Positions 26,879-38,710 of a stretch of 64,000 nt of DNA are shown in pieces (position 1 is the first letter of the stretch; each line of letters begins with the position of its first letter). The stretch is from the human T2T-CHM13v2.0 reference genome, Homo sapiens: assembly GCF_009914755.1 (NCBI RefSeq), contig NC_060928.1; one strand, given 5' to 3'. The notes beneath the pieces are model-generated. The model made no database searches. It saw nothing but the letters and a program-made list of their open reading frames with translations, and was not told where the DNA came from. The translations under genes and the position numbers were made by a program.

Positions 26879-28194
26879 ACATGATAATATTGACAGTTTA
26901 CATAAACAAAGTTATTTAGTGTATGCAAAGCAACTATAAAATACATTTTGAAAAGATATAAAAATCTTTGAAATTCTTTCTTGATATCAGCTCTACCAAA
27001 TTTCGAGAGCCACCATTGATATTTTAGGATCAAAACAAAATGGCTTGAGAGATTTTGTTGGTCAACCAAACTCAGTCCAGGAAAAAAGAAACATTAAAGC
27101 ATTGTTTTGTGTTTTTAAAAGCTCTAATGGATATTTATTCCAAGCTCCTTTCGTATCGAAGAAGACTACATAAGAGAAAGGGCATGAATGAGCTTAAATG
27201 AGACTTTTGAAAATAAGGCATATACAACATGGATCAGTTGGATATAATTGTGTTTCAAGTATGACCATTAAATCAGGAGAAAATATAGATTTTGAAAATT
27301 ATCAGTTGTTTGGCTTAGCTTTTACTAATAGGGGAGCTATTTATGTATCATATGTAAGTACAGCCCCAGCTTCACTCAAAACACCATGGATGCTAGAAGG
27401 TAATATGCGATTTCAGCATTTGTCTGAATTCTCCACTTCACTATGGAATCTACATTGCAAAGTAAAATTTGCAAAGATTCTAAAAAAGAAGCTGCTTGGC
27501 TGACAGGCACAAGTTGGGGGGCATCTTCCATCGATTTTTGTAAGTGAACCACGTAATCAATGTAAAAAGTTAAATATTCTATGAAATATTCACTAAATGT
27601 AGATTGTGCTTTTCCAGGTTTAAAGCAGTGTTTATTAAATATTTCATGGAGTAAAGGAGCACTTGGCAAGATGGTCCCAAGTAATAGATGTTATGGTCAT
27701 GAATTTACTGCATCAAAATTTACCTGAGAGCAATCATATATGCTGTCATCAAGAACATAAATGAGGATATGGTCACAACCGGTCCCTACCTGGTCTCTCC
27801 AGTGTTGTCACTGACCATTACTCCCATATAAACAGCCTCTTTCAGTAATATTATTTACATTTTATTGAGCATAAACACTTACCCAGGGCTTAAGGAATGC
27901 CAAGCATTTACTTTTCCATCTCTATTCATTTCCCTAGTTATGGGGCCAATCTATTTGCTTTAATAATGTAAAAATGTAGTCACATCATTGAGAATTTATA
28001 AAGGAGCAAAGAAACATAATAAAAGCCAATTCTATAGAAAGCATGATGGTAACAGCAATATAGGCCAGGATTTCTCATTCTGTGTGCCTGTGGGAAGACG
28101 GTCTTGACATCTCACAATCATACCAAAACACAGTTCAGTATAAAACCTTGGGTTATATTATTGAGTTAGGTTGCACCGATTCAGACTAACAAAA

Positions 28195-28440
28195 ATGATG
28201 GTTAAGAGCATAGATTTTGATTTAGATAAATCTTGATTTCTAGTCTGTCTCTACCAATCTCCAACTCTCTAAATCTGGATTAGATTATTTGACTTGACTT
28301 CTTTGGCCCTGTTTCCATATGTAGGAAATGAGGATTATAATAGCTATCTCATGGATTGCTGAAAGGAATAAAGGAAATAATATATTTCAAACTTATTAGC
28401 ACATGGTAAATGCTTGATAAATGGTAGCTTTATTATTAAT
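28195..28440 (+). mobile_element. MIR, antisense within the BTC 3'UTR
   Basis: GGTTAAGAGCATAGA...CTGTTTCCATATGTAGGAAATGAGGATTATAATAG...ATAAATGGTAGCT. Confidence 0.7.
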
Positions 28441-28929
28441 TCAATTCCTAAGACCTAACCTCCTTTCTACTTTTCTTTTTTGTTTGACTAGTAATCCTGG
28501 TGACAATACTTAAGTGAAAGGTTATTGAAATTTCCCTTCTGTTGTTGCTACCTAACCAGTTGCTTTTTTCCCAATTACTAGACAATATACATATAATTAA
28601 TGTTCTTATTAAAAAATAATAACACAAACTAAAGTTGCAAATAAAAAGTAAATACATTATTTAAAATTCATGTCTACTAGCTGTTTTCCTGAGACACATT
28701 CTGTCCATTTTCAAATGAGCAAGGCACTTTGCAGCTTGCCACCAACCTGGAGGTAACTTCATAGCCTCTGAGAATGAAGAAAATAACAGCACATCACTTA
28801 AAAGAAATGGACTATGCAATAATAATAATAATTTAAAAATCCAGAGCCAGCCATTTTGTTTTCAATTCAATAATGTTGTTTTGTAATAAGTTAGGAGCAC
28901 ATATAATTTCTCGTCAAGCATTTACCAAC

Positions 28930-29265
28930 CCCATTAAGCTGCTGGGATTTTCTGGAAGAGATTCTTTGTACAACTGAGCTGTGGAAAGACACTACTCTCT
29001 CATACTGGATGTAAACGAGGAAGCTTGTAGCCCTAATTGCTACTGGCCTTTCTTAGGACCTAAGAGGAACTGACCAAGGATGAAAGCCAACTCAGAATAG
29101 TGAGCAGAAAGAGGGAAATAATCTGGTTCCTTACGTGTGAGCCTCTGGTTTGACAAGTGTGAAGCCCACCTTACCTCTGGACTGCCATTCATGTGAGCCA
29201 ATACGTTGCCTTCATTTTAAGCCAGTTTGAGTTGGATTTTATGTTATTACAACCAAAACTATCCT
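28930..29265 (+). mobile_element. Old MLT1 LTR fragment (intron 5)
   Basis: CTCTGGACT...GTGAGCCAATA...TTAAGCCAGTTTGAGTTGGATTTT is an MLT1J/K-type 3' end. Confidence 0.55.
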
Positions 29266-29269
29266 GCTT

Positions 29270-29740
29270 TGTTGTGCTAGTTACGCGTCATGTGCCTTCT
29301 TGGAGCCTTTCTCTGCCCTGCTCTGTCTCCAGGAGACTGGCCACTTCAGATTCCATCACCAGGGCTCCATTGCCCTCTGGTTTCTGGTGGGTTTAGCTAG
29401 TAGGAGGCACCTGCTGAAGATCCGAAGGCGAAAGGAGAGAAAGTTTGGAATACTTCTTCCCCTATTTCCTCCCTCTGTCCTTGTTTATATCTGACAGTGG
29501 CTACTCCCTCCACAACCACAGCTCCTGCCTAGGGGACCCTCCTCCAATGTGCCTCTGAATGCTAAGGTAATATTTACCTTGGCCCTTCCTGTAGAGGAAG
29601 GGCAACAGCTCCCAACAATTCTCAAGCTCAGGGAGACTCAGTATACCTTTTCTTAACCTTGATCCATGGTTCTTGCATTACAATCTCTCTATTGGATCAT
29701 CTGAGAAGATTTGTGATTCCTGAACAATCCTTACTGATGC
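29270..29740 (+). mobile_element. LTR33-like ERVL LTR (intron 5)
   Basis: CTCTGCCCTGCTCTGTCTCCAGGAGACTG...TTGCCCTCTGGTTTCTGGTGGGTTT...GGAGGCACCTGCTG. Confidence 0.6.
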
Positions 29741-30131
29741 TACATTTAAAGAGCTTGTAACAGTGCTTGGCATTGTGGTAAATGCTCAATATATGTAGTT
29801 ATTATTGCTATTGTTATTTTCTTTCAATGTGAAGTGTCTATATTAAAATACCTCTTTCCTGTGCCCAAAAATGAGAAAGAAAAAATTATATAAATATCCC
29901 CACAACCATGCAGAATTAGAATGCCTATCTCTGTGGTAACATGCAGAAAAAAGATATGAGGAAGTATTTTATCTGGCTTCAGATTCTATGAAAAAAACCA
30001 TTGATTTATTTTTAGATGTTTTTAAATATAATCAAATTCTAATGAATGATTTAGTAGATGCAAGTAAGCCCAATCTAACCAGTTAAATGTCACCTGAATA
30101 GTTTTCTATCAGCAAGTTTATCTCACTTACT

Positions 30132-30240
30132 TTAAGCAATATTTGTCTCTTCAATATCTTCATTGATAGGAGTTATATCTTTACCCAGAGTTTCCATTTC
30201 TTCTTCTTTCTTCTTTCTTTTACGACGTTTCCGAAGAGGG
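30132..30240 (-). CDS. BTC: Betacellulin exon 5 (cytoplasmic tail and stop)
   Basis: ttttctaag|C CCT CTT CGG...: (H)PLRKRRKRKKKEEEMETLGKDITPINEDIEETNIA*; TAA at 30134-30132, one UTR base (30131), then donor gtaagt. Confidence 0.98.
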
Positions 30241-30357
30241 CTTAGAAAATACGTGTTAGAAGTTAGTATGGGCCTAGTAGTTCATGCGAACACAAAATTA
30301 TCCATCAAGAGATCCTATGATCAGGTTTCTTTTTTAAAAAAAATATTTAGGGTTCTA

Positions 30358-30638
<281 letters not shown>

Positions 30639-31238
30639 TTAGGGTTCTCTCTTAACCCATCTCTTTCTCTAGGTTCAGATGATAGGTATAATAGGCAACA
30701 GTGTGGGTAGAATATAGTTATCTAAATAGAAAAAATGTCACTTATATTGATGGAGTTTAGTTAGCAGAAGAAAATTTTTCAGGCCAAGTTATTTTACAAA
30801 ATAGACTAATGAGTATTATGTAGTGTACACGTAGTGTAAAAGAAACAGTACAAATTGGAAACAGGCATAAGAAAAACAAGAGTGACACAGCGTTTGGATA
30901 TATTAACTGAGCTTCTAGATACATTAAGAAATGTGTTAGATTTCCAGACTGCATTACTGTTTTCCTAAAGTGCAGCTCCAAGTTGATATAACAAAATAGG
31001 CCGTTTCCCAGCTTTGCCCAACTGATTCTCTGCCCTAAACCTGGCATAATATTTCTTCCTACCTTAAAGTAGGTAAAATAAAAATATATCTTTCAATTTT
31101 ATAGTTAGAAAGTATCTGACAGATTATTTGGTTTAACACTCTTGTTTTACAGAAAATAAAAGTTCATAGTTGTTAAGAAATTTACCCAGGTTCTCAAAGA
31201 TACATAATGGAGGAACCGAGACAAAAATCAAGTACTCT

Positions 31239-31573
31239 GGCCGGGCGCGGTGGCTCATGCCTGTAATCCCAGCACTTTGGGATGCCGAGGTAGGTGGATC
31301 AACTTGAGGTCAGGAGTTACCAGCCTGGTGTACATGGTGAAACCCCATCTCTACTACAACTACAAAAATTAGTTGGGTGTGGTGGCGGGCCCTTGTAATC
31401 CCAGCTACTCAGGAAGCTGAGGTAGGAGAATTGCTTGAACTCAGGAAGCTGAGGTAGGAGAATTGCTTGAACCCAGGAGGCAGAGGTTGCAGTGAGCCAA
31501 GATCACGCCGTTGCAGTGAGCCAAGATCACGCCATTGCACTCCAGCCTGGGCAACAGAGCAAGACTCTGTCTC

Positions 31574-31615
<42 letters not shown>
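31239..31615 (+). mobile_element. AluS with two internal tandem duplications and a (TAAA)n tail
   Basis: 32-bp unit duplicated at 31407-31470; 24-bp unit duplicated at 31486-31533. Confidence 0.92.
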
Positions 31616-31617
<2 letters not shown>

Positions 31618-31909
31618 CAAAGACTCCCTCTACCGTAGTGCTTTTTTCCCTAGCACATTGCAAAGAAAGGAATCACGAGAACCCTCTTTATGTGTGGACC
31701 ACAGTGAAGGGTAGATGCAAGAGTTTAGGAATCTGGGCAAGCTTCTCAAGACAAAAAGATACCACTTTAATAAGATATTTTTTTTTTTTTTTTTTTTGTT
31801 GTTGTTTTTGGTAGCATACTTGGTGTTAGTCCTGCTCTGCAAAAAAAAAAAAAAAAAAAAAAGTTTCCAAAAAGAAACTAATTTAACTAATTTAATTAAG
31901 AATTGTCCC

Positions 31910-32220
31910 AGGACCAGGTACAGTGGCTCACTCCTGTAATCCCGCTACTCAAGAGGCTGAGGCGGGAGGATCACTTGAGGCTAGGAGTTCAAGACCAACC
32001 TGGACAACATAGTGAGAGCCAGTCTCCACAAAAAAAAAAAAAAAAAGCCTGGCTTGGTGGCACACACTTGTATTCCCCGCTACTCAGGAGGCTGAGGTAT
32101 GAGGTTCGCTTAAGGCCAGGAATTTGAGGCTGCAGTGAGCTATGTTTACACCACTGCCCTCCAGCCTGGGCAAAAGAGCGAGACTCTGTCTCAAAATAAA
32201 TAAATAAATACAAATAAAAA
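31910..32220 (+). mobile_element. Ancient AluJ-like dimer
   Basis: Both arms contain GCTACTC; right arm has GAGGCTGCAGTGAGCTATG (J/FRAM type); long central A-linker. Confidence 0.85.
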
Positions 32221-32669
32221 TTGTGCAAAGCCACTCTGTCTCAGAGAAAAAGCAGGATGTTTCCTGATTTTCAAAGTTCTGGTATATAATAGAAAGTAAA
32301 AGGAAAAACAAAGTAACATGGTTTACACATAAAGTTTATTATTTTAATGTGGCAAAGCAAAAACAAATTTTTGTTTTTATCTTTCAATGTTACTGTGTTA
32401 TGGTACAGTTTTAGAAAATAGAAGTCTTATGTAGCCTACTATACAAATTTTATTTTAAATTACAACAATTTTATTCAGTAAATGATAAAAATCATGTATT
32501 ATGTGTTTTATTATGAATACTTCTATATCAACAATGGCAAAGCTCAAAAAGTAGATTTATTTGAATCAAAGAAAAAGCAAAAGAGAATGTAAGGAGGAAG
32601 AAAAGAAGAAAAACTATGAGCAAATACTGTTTCTCAGATTTACTTAAAATTAAGTTTAAAAATACTTAC

Positions 32670-32816
32670 TGACAGCATGTGCAGACACCGATGACCAAAA
32701 TAATAAAAACTACCATAACTGCTATCATACAAATCACCAGAATCTGTCCTCTGTCTCCTCTTAGGTAAAACAAGTCAACTCTCTCACACCTTGCTCCAAT
32801 GTAGCCTTCATCACAG
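32670..32816 (-). CDS. BTC: Betacellulin exon 4 (EGF C-loop, juxtamembrane and transmembrane segment)
   Basis: cttgttttatag|C TGT GAT...: (V)CDEGYIGARCERVDLFYLRGDRGQILVICMIAVMVVFIILVIGVCTCC(H)|gtaagt; 147 nt, phase 2 at both ends. Confidence 0.98.
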
Positions 32817-34461
32817 CTATAAAACAAGACGAGGGCAAGGAAGTAAAACTTGCAAGACTTTTAAGAATCTCTACTTCTTTTCTGAAGAAATTAACAGTTC
32901 TCATTACTTGAAATTAATAAAGAACACAGTTCCCTTTTTAAAAAAAGATGCACTACTTTGTTGACCAGTAATTTCAATTTTTTTTTGCTTTGCTGAATAC
33001 CTGTCATCACTTGATCATTAGACATTATTGATATGTCTAATATAAATACACAAGGATGATGACAATTAACTAAAATGTATTTTAAAATTTTAGTCTCTGA
33101 ATTCAAAAAGGAAAGGAGGATAAAATTCCCAGTGCTTAAATACCTCCATGACAAGGAACTCAAAAATCCCCAGGACTTCCCATTTCATCACAGGATAATG
33201 CAAATAGTTTTGATGTTCTCATGATCTCCTATAAATTATATAAAAATTGTATGGTTTTATATGATCAAATGTGCTAATGCATGTGAAAGTTCATAACACA
33301 ATGTTCCATAAACGTTAGATAGAGAGAATGTTCCATAAGTGTTATTTCTACAGAATTTCTTTCGTCTTTCCTCCACTGTAAATTCTACCCATTGATTCTA
33401 GTTCTACTGCTTGAGAGCATCACAGATTAGGTCATGCCCTTCTATTACTCTTCTGTTCACCGCCTCCTTCATTACATCCCTGGAAACACATAAGTCTTGT
33501 CCTCTTTAGCTCCTTTATCTGATTCCTAAAACCACATTTGCAGATCTGTTCACCGTTCCCTTCACTCTCCTCTAAATGCCCTCCCTTTTTTCCATGGCCT
33601 TCTTCAAGGGAATGACCAGAAATCAACAGTCTCTCTTCATTTCCCTCATTCTCTCAGCTTTCTGTCAATCTGCCTTAGGATACATCTAACATAAACAGAT
33701 GTCCTTAATCTGAGATTACAGTTATGCATCCACTTGACCAAGCTGGGGCTTGTCTGAGTAACATCCAGGGAGCTAACAACTCAGTGATTTGAGTACTCCC
33801 CATAGAATTATCTGAACTGCATCAGAGAATTAAGGTACATAAAAAGTTTGGGGACATTTTAACCAAAATTATCTGTTGTAACCTTAGTACCTTAGTATTA
33901 ATAAACATTTTCCTTTATTAATATTAGGGAAATAGTAATCAAAAATATTAATAAATATTTTCCTTAAGAGAATGCTTCAAATGAAGTTAAAACACAAAGT
34001 GATACTGGTCATATACATAATTATTCAAAGGTCAAAAAGATTAAATTCTGCTCCTTAGAAAACTTCTGTGCAACCCCATTTTCCTTTAAGAAAGGATTTA
34101 CGGCTGGGCTGTTCTATAGCTTATGCTTGACAAAAGCCAAGGCAGTTAATCCTCACAAAGCCTGTATTTCTCAAGTGAAGAGATCCCTTAATGCCAATAT
34201 TGTAGCTGAGACAGTGCTTCAAAACAAATAAACAAAAAAACAAGCTCAGTAACAGCCATCACTTGAAAGGTGAGGCTTAATGCAAGCAAAGGAGAAAAGA
34301 CAACTAAAGGCATCTATTATAAAAGGACCCAAGGATGAATGAAAGAAAATTGCTTCCTGCAAGATAGCTAAGTATCTTCATTCTGAGGTCAAAATTACAG
34401 GAAGAGAGCTTAGAAATATCTTGAGATATCAAAAATCTGTCATACATAAGACCAAAACTAG

Positions 34462-34775
<314 letters not shown>

Positions 34776-35827
34776 GGGAATCACTTTTAATTGCATGTAT
34801 AGGAGGGAGATTTTTCAGAGTTTTTATAAGGTTGGAAATAAATCTTACAAATATATTTTTTTCCAACTAGCTTAAATATTCCTCTAACAAATTTACTAAA
34901 TGTGGTATTTTTAAACAATAGCTTTGTCCATAAAATGCATGGCAATTATTTTCTACTCTTTTAGAATGTTTTTCTAATTATATGCTGTGGGATTGGTGGC
35001 TTAACAATACTTTAATTGAATTTCTCAGTAAGCAGTACTTCCTGTAAGTTGTACCCCAGTGAATCCATGCTAAAAGGTCAAACCTTAACATAGCTGGTTA
35101 TAGTGGTTCTCATGTTATTTTGCCCTTCAGCAAACCAATAACATATCAGCTGGTGTTTATTTTCAGTGAGTGTATCTCTCATGTAGGAGAAGAAGAGGCA
35201 AAGAGAGCAGATTCTAAGTTTTTTTATTAAATGGTGACTAAGTGGGTTTTTATTTAATAAGCATCTTATACTATTTAAAATCAAAAATAATTTTTAAAGA
35301 TGTTCATGATCCTTAAGGGCAATGCAAAATTGGGCGTTGGGATCACTATTCTGAAATAACCACCAGAAACTGTTGTAAAAGATCTATGAATATTAACTGG
35401 ATCCTTATTACCACCTTTGAGGTATGTGTTATCATTAACCCCATTTTATAGATGAAGAAACTGATGCACAGAGAAGTTAAGGGAATGGGGATTCAAACAG
35501 GCAGTCTGGCTCTCAAGTTCATGCTCTTAACTGCATAGTAAATGTGCTATGCTGCATGTATAAATAAAAATTATGTATCTGGAAACGAACTGTCCCTTTT
35601 CAAAGGAAATACTGAGAAGATTACTAAGAGGAGAAGATCTGCATTATTTGAAACACACTTTGGTTTTTTATGTAAAAACAAGAACCCACAAACTCCCATG
35701 ATCCCAAGAAAAGGAGATACTTCTGGTTCCTCAAGACAGTGTTATCACCAATGGCAAGAGAGTTTTGCCTGAATCTGTGCTATATCACCTGAAACATCAG
35801 TCCTAGGTTGATTATCTACCACTCATC

Positions 35828-35935
35828 TCATAGCTTCTTGGGAGGATGAGGCAGGAGAGGCACATTAGCCTAGGAGTTTGAGTCTAGCCTGGGCAATATA
35901 ACAAGACCTTCTCTCCAAAAAAATAAAAAAAAATA
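35828..35935 (+). mobile_element. Alu monomer (FLAM-like) fragment
   Basis: GGGAGGATGAGGCAGGAG...AGGAGTTTGAGTCTAGCCTGGGCAATATAACAAGACC plus A-tail. Confidence 0.7.
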
Positions 35936-37033
35936 TTGTTCTTAAAAAGTGGGAACTTTTTATTTATGGCATACTTAAATATGTTCTTAAAAAGTTGGAA
36001 CTTTAAAAATTATGAAACACTTGCTCTTTGCTGGGTACCACAATTAGTGTTTTCGCATTTATTATTTTGCTATCTTCACCACTTGACTGGACAGTATTAT
36101 TACTCTCTCTTGCAGATGATAAAACTGAGGCTCAGAAAAGGTAACTGACCCATTGTTAACACTGCTTATAACTGGCAAAAGCAAAATCTTACTTTAGGTC
36201 TATCTGACTCCAAAATCTGTGCCCTGTCTGCTATGATATTCTGCTTCCCATTGACTGTGTATTATTCCTCTACTAAGAAGATGTTCCATTCAGATTAAGG
36301 CCTTGGTCTGGAAATTTGGTATAGCATTAGATGGACTGTAATAGGGGCACTATTTGTTCAAGCATCAGTCATTTCTTGTGCACCTAGTAAATTCTGAGGA
36401 CTGTGTTTGACACTGAAATACAAAAATGAATAAGCCATGAGCCCTGCCCTCTAGGAGCTCACTGTCACAGAAGGCACATTTAAAGAAACCACCAGTTATG
36501 CTCCAGTGGATAAGAGCTTTCATAGAGGTGTGGCTAGATCACAGGGGAAGGACATCTAACTCAGACCTGAGTGTATGCCTGAGAAGGAGGAAGTCAGTGA
36601 AGGGGTCCACAAGGAGATGATGAGTGCAGTGCATCTTAAACCATAGCAAGAATAAGCTTTCTGGGCTACAAGAAGAGCTTATATAATAAATCATGAAATG
36701 AAATGTAGAATTTTAGAAAAGCACTTAGGAATATGGTGAGATACAGCTAGAAAATTAAGCCAGGATCAGATGATCTATGAAGGCTAAGAAAACGAGTTTA
36801 AATTTTACATTGAAGGGAACAATCTATGTGTTGATCTTACGCAGGTAGATTACACACTGTGGTTTTCATTTTAGAGGGCAGCAATATCTAAGAACAATAA
36901 ATCTGCAGACATAGGAACCAATTAGGGAAATGTATTGGGTTAAAGATCATTAATATTTTTAAAATTCAATATGTGCTTCCAAGCCAGGGAGCAATTAAAT
37001 GAATTTTTTTAAAAAATTAGATCTATCCCTCTC

Positions 37034-37034
<1 letters not shown>

Positions 37035-37072
<38 letters not shown>

Positions 37073-37079
37073 ACACACA
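37035..37079. repeat. (CA)n microsatellite
   Basis: Long CA run with one CT interruption. Confidence 0.95.
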
Positions 37080-37958
37080 TTTCCTTATTTTCTTACATTA
37101 GCAATTGTTATCTGCCTCCATGTATTATCCACGCATATTTCCTTTTTAAATTAAATATATTTAAGTTTTTAAAAAGTTCATGACCCTTAAAGTTTCCACA
37201 AAATTAGGATTTGGAATCATTTTTCTGAGATACTTATGGAAAGAAAACTTATATACTGGGGCAACTGTGCAGAAGAACATAAACATTCTATGAACTTTAA
37301 GTCAAAATTGCACTTGAAGAATCTCCTCCCACTTCTCTAAGGAAAGGTCCCAGGAAGCACATTAGTGGGATATCTTTTTAGAAGAAAACACATATTTAAA
37401 AGATGCAAAAAGAAATTTGTGTATGCCTGAGTAAAATTGAGCTAGGCTCAAATACAAAGAGTTGAAAAGAAAACTTTTCTCCCAATTCCCCACTATACTA
37501 AACAGGCTTCGCTAATCTCTTATTTATAAATAGGACTAATTCCTTCTACTTAAGTGACTCCTACAAAAGTAGCTCTTAATTTGGCAGGAATTTCCTCGTA
37601 TTTACACTAACTACAAACCACCAAACACTTGCCAGAATAATTCATTTCCATTTGAACCACCCAGGAGATTATTTGAGCCAAAAAGAATCAGTTCTGCTTG
37701 CGCAAGAAATCAGAGGACACTGCCCAGCCCAGAAGTGGAGCTGGACTCTCACATACTCATGTTTCAGGAGGAAAGTGTGCGTCAGTTTCTCCATAAGTAG
37801 TTGCTGAGTGGGCCCCTAAACAAGTGGCTGGGGGCAGGACCAGGCAGAACTGTGTTCGGACAGATGGCATGGTTAGCTCACACTTTCCAGTCCTGGCAAG
37901 ACCCAGGCGGGCACCATTCTGCACCCTTTTGCTTGCTGGCTGAGGACACTCCACTTAC

Positions 37959-38076
37959 ACACAGGAGGGCGTCTGCTCGGCCACCACGAAGCGGCATCTC
38001 CCTTTGATGCAGTAATGCTTGTATTGCTTGGGGCACCTAGAGAAGTGGCCTTTCCGCTTTGATTGTGTGGTGGTAG
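37959..38076 (-). CDS. BTC: Betacellulin exon 3 (EGF domain, Cys1-Cys4)
   Basis: tttctcattttccag|CT ACC ACC...: (A)TTTQSKRKGHFSRCPKQYKHYCIKGRCRFVVAEQTPSC(V)|gtaagt; 118 nt. Confidence 0.98.
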
Positions 38077-38459
38077 CTGGAAAATGAGAAAAAGTTCAAT
38101 AAATCAACTCTCTTTAAATATTCACTTGTAAATAGAATCATATTCTTATCTTGCTGCCAGTTTCTCTGTAGAATATGTTTGAATCTCTCATTTTTCTTTC
38201 TCTCTGCACTGGGATAAAAGTCAGACTTTTGTGACTCCAAAATAGCTCTAGACATTGGACAATGGGGATTATGGTCAGAATGTTTCCTACTTTAATTAAG
38301 ATTTGACTTCAACCTACCTTTCAGAAACTTTAGTGTCATTTAAAGGGTAAAACACAAGTATAATAAGAGAGAAGGCTTTCATTCCATGAAAGTTATCAGA
38401 GCCACACTAGAGAAGAGAGGTTTTTTGTTTGGTTGGTTTTGGGGTTTGGTTTTGGTTGT

Positions 38460-38710
38460 TTAACTTATACATTTACATAGTATTTCCTGAGTGCTAGATG
38501 CTGGTCTGTTTGCTTTTTGTATATTATTCATTTAATGTTCATAATAGCCTTGTGAGGTAAGAACCACTCCAATCTCCAATTTACGGATGCACAAAGCACG
38601 ATACATGGAGGCTAAGTCACCTTCCAAGATCACACAGATAGAAAGTGGAAAAACTGGGACTCAAACCCAGGCAGTCTGCCACTGAGTCCACGTTCTTGAC
38701 TGCCACATAC
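38460..38710 (-). mobile_element. MIR
   Basis: GGCTAAGTCACCTTCCAAGATCACACAG...GGGACTCAAACCCAGGCAGTCTG. Confidence 0.7.

Larger units (their letters stand above)
26850..28767 (-). other. BTC: BTC terminal exon 6 (3'UTR only)
   Basis: Acceptor tcttcattctcag|AGGCTATGAAGTTACC at 28767 joins exon 5 to give GCT TAA A|AGGCTATG, matching the recalled BTC mRNA. The 3' end is inferred from the poly(A) signal. Confidence 0.8.

Noticed and set aside
30179-30187. Internal donor-like TGG|GTAAAG inside exon 5
   Set aside because: It is a weak consensus explained by the codons for Leu-Gly-Lys; the strong gtaagt donor lies 54 nt downstream.
35930-36005. Imperfect ~28-bp direct repeat (also short duplications near 3660, 33300 and 33895-33965)
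   Set aside because: These are ordinary local slippage duplications in AT-rich DNA with no higher-order organisation.
37953-37958. In-frame TAA immediately on read-through of the exon 3 (and exon 4) donor
   Set aside because: This follows automatically from a phase-2 GTAAGT donor and is not evidence of a designed truncated isoform.
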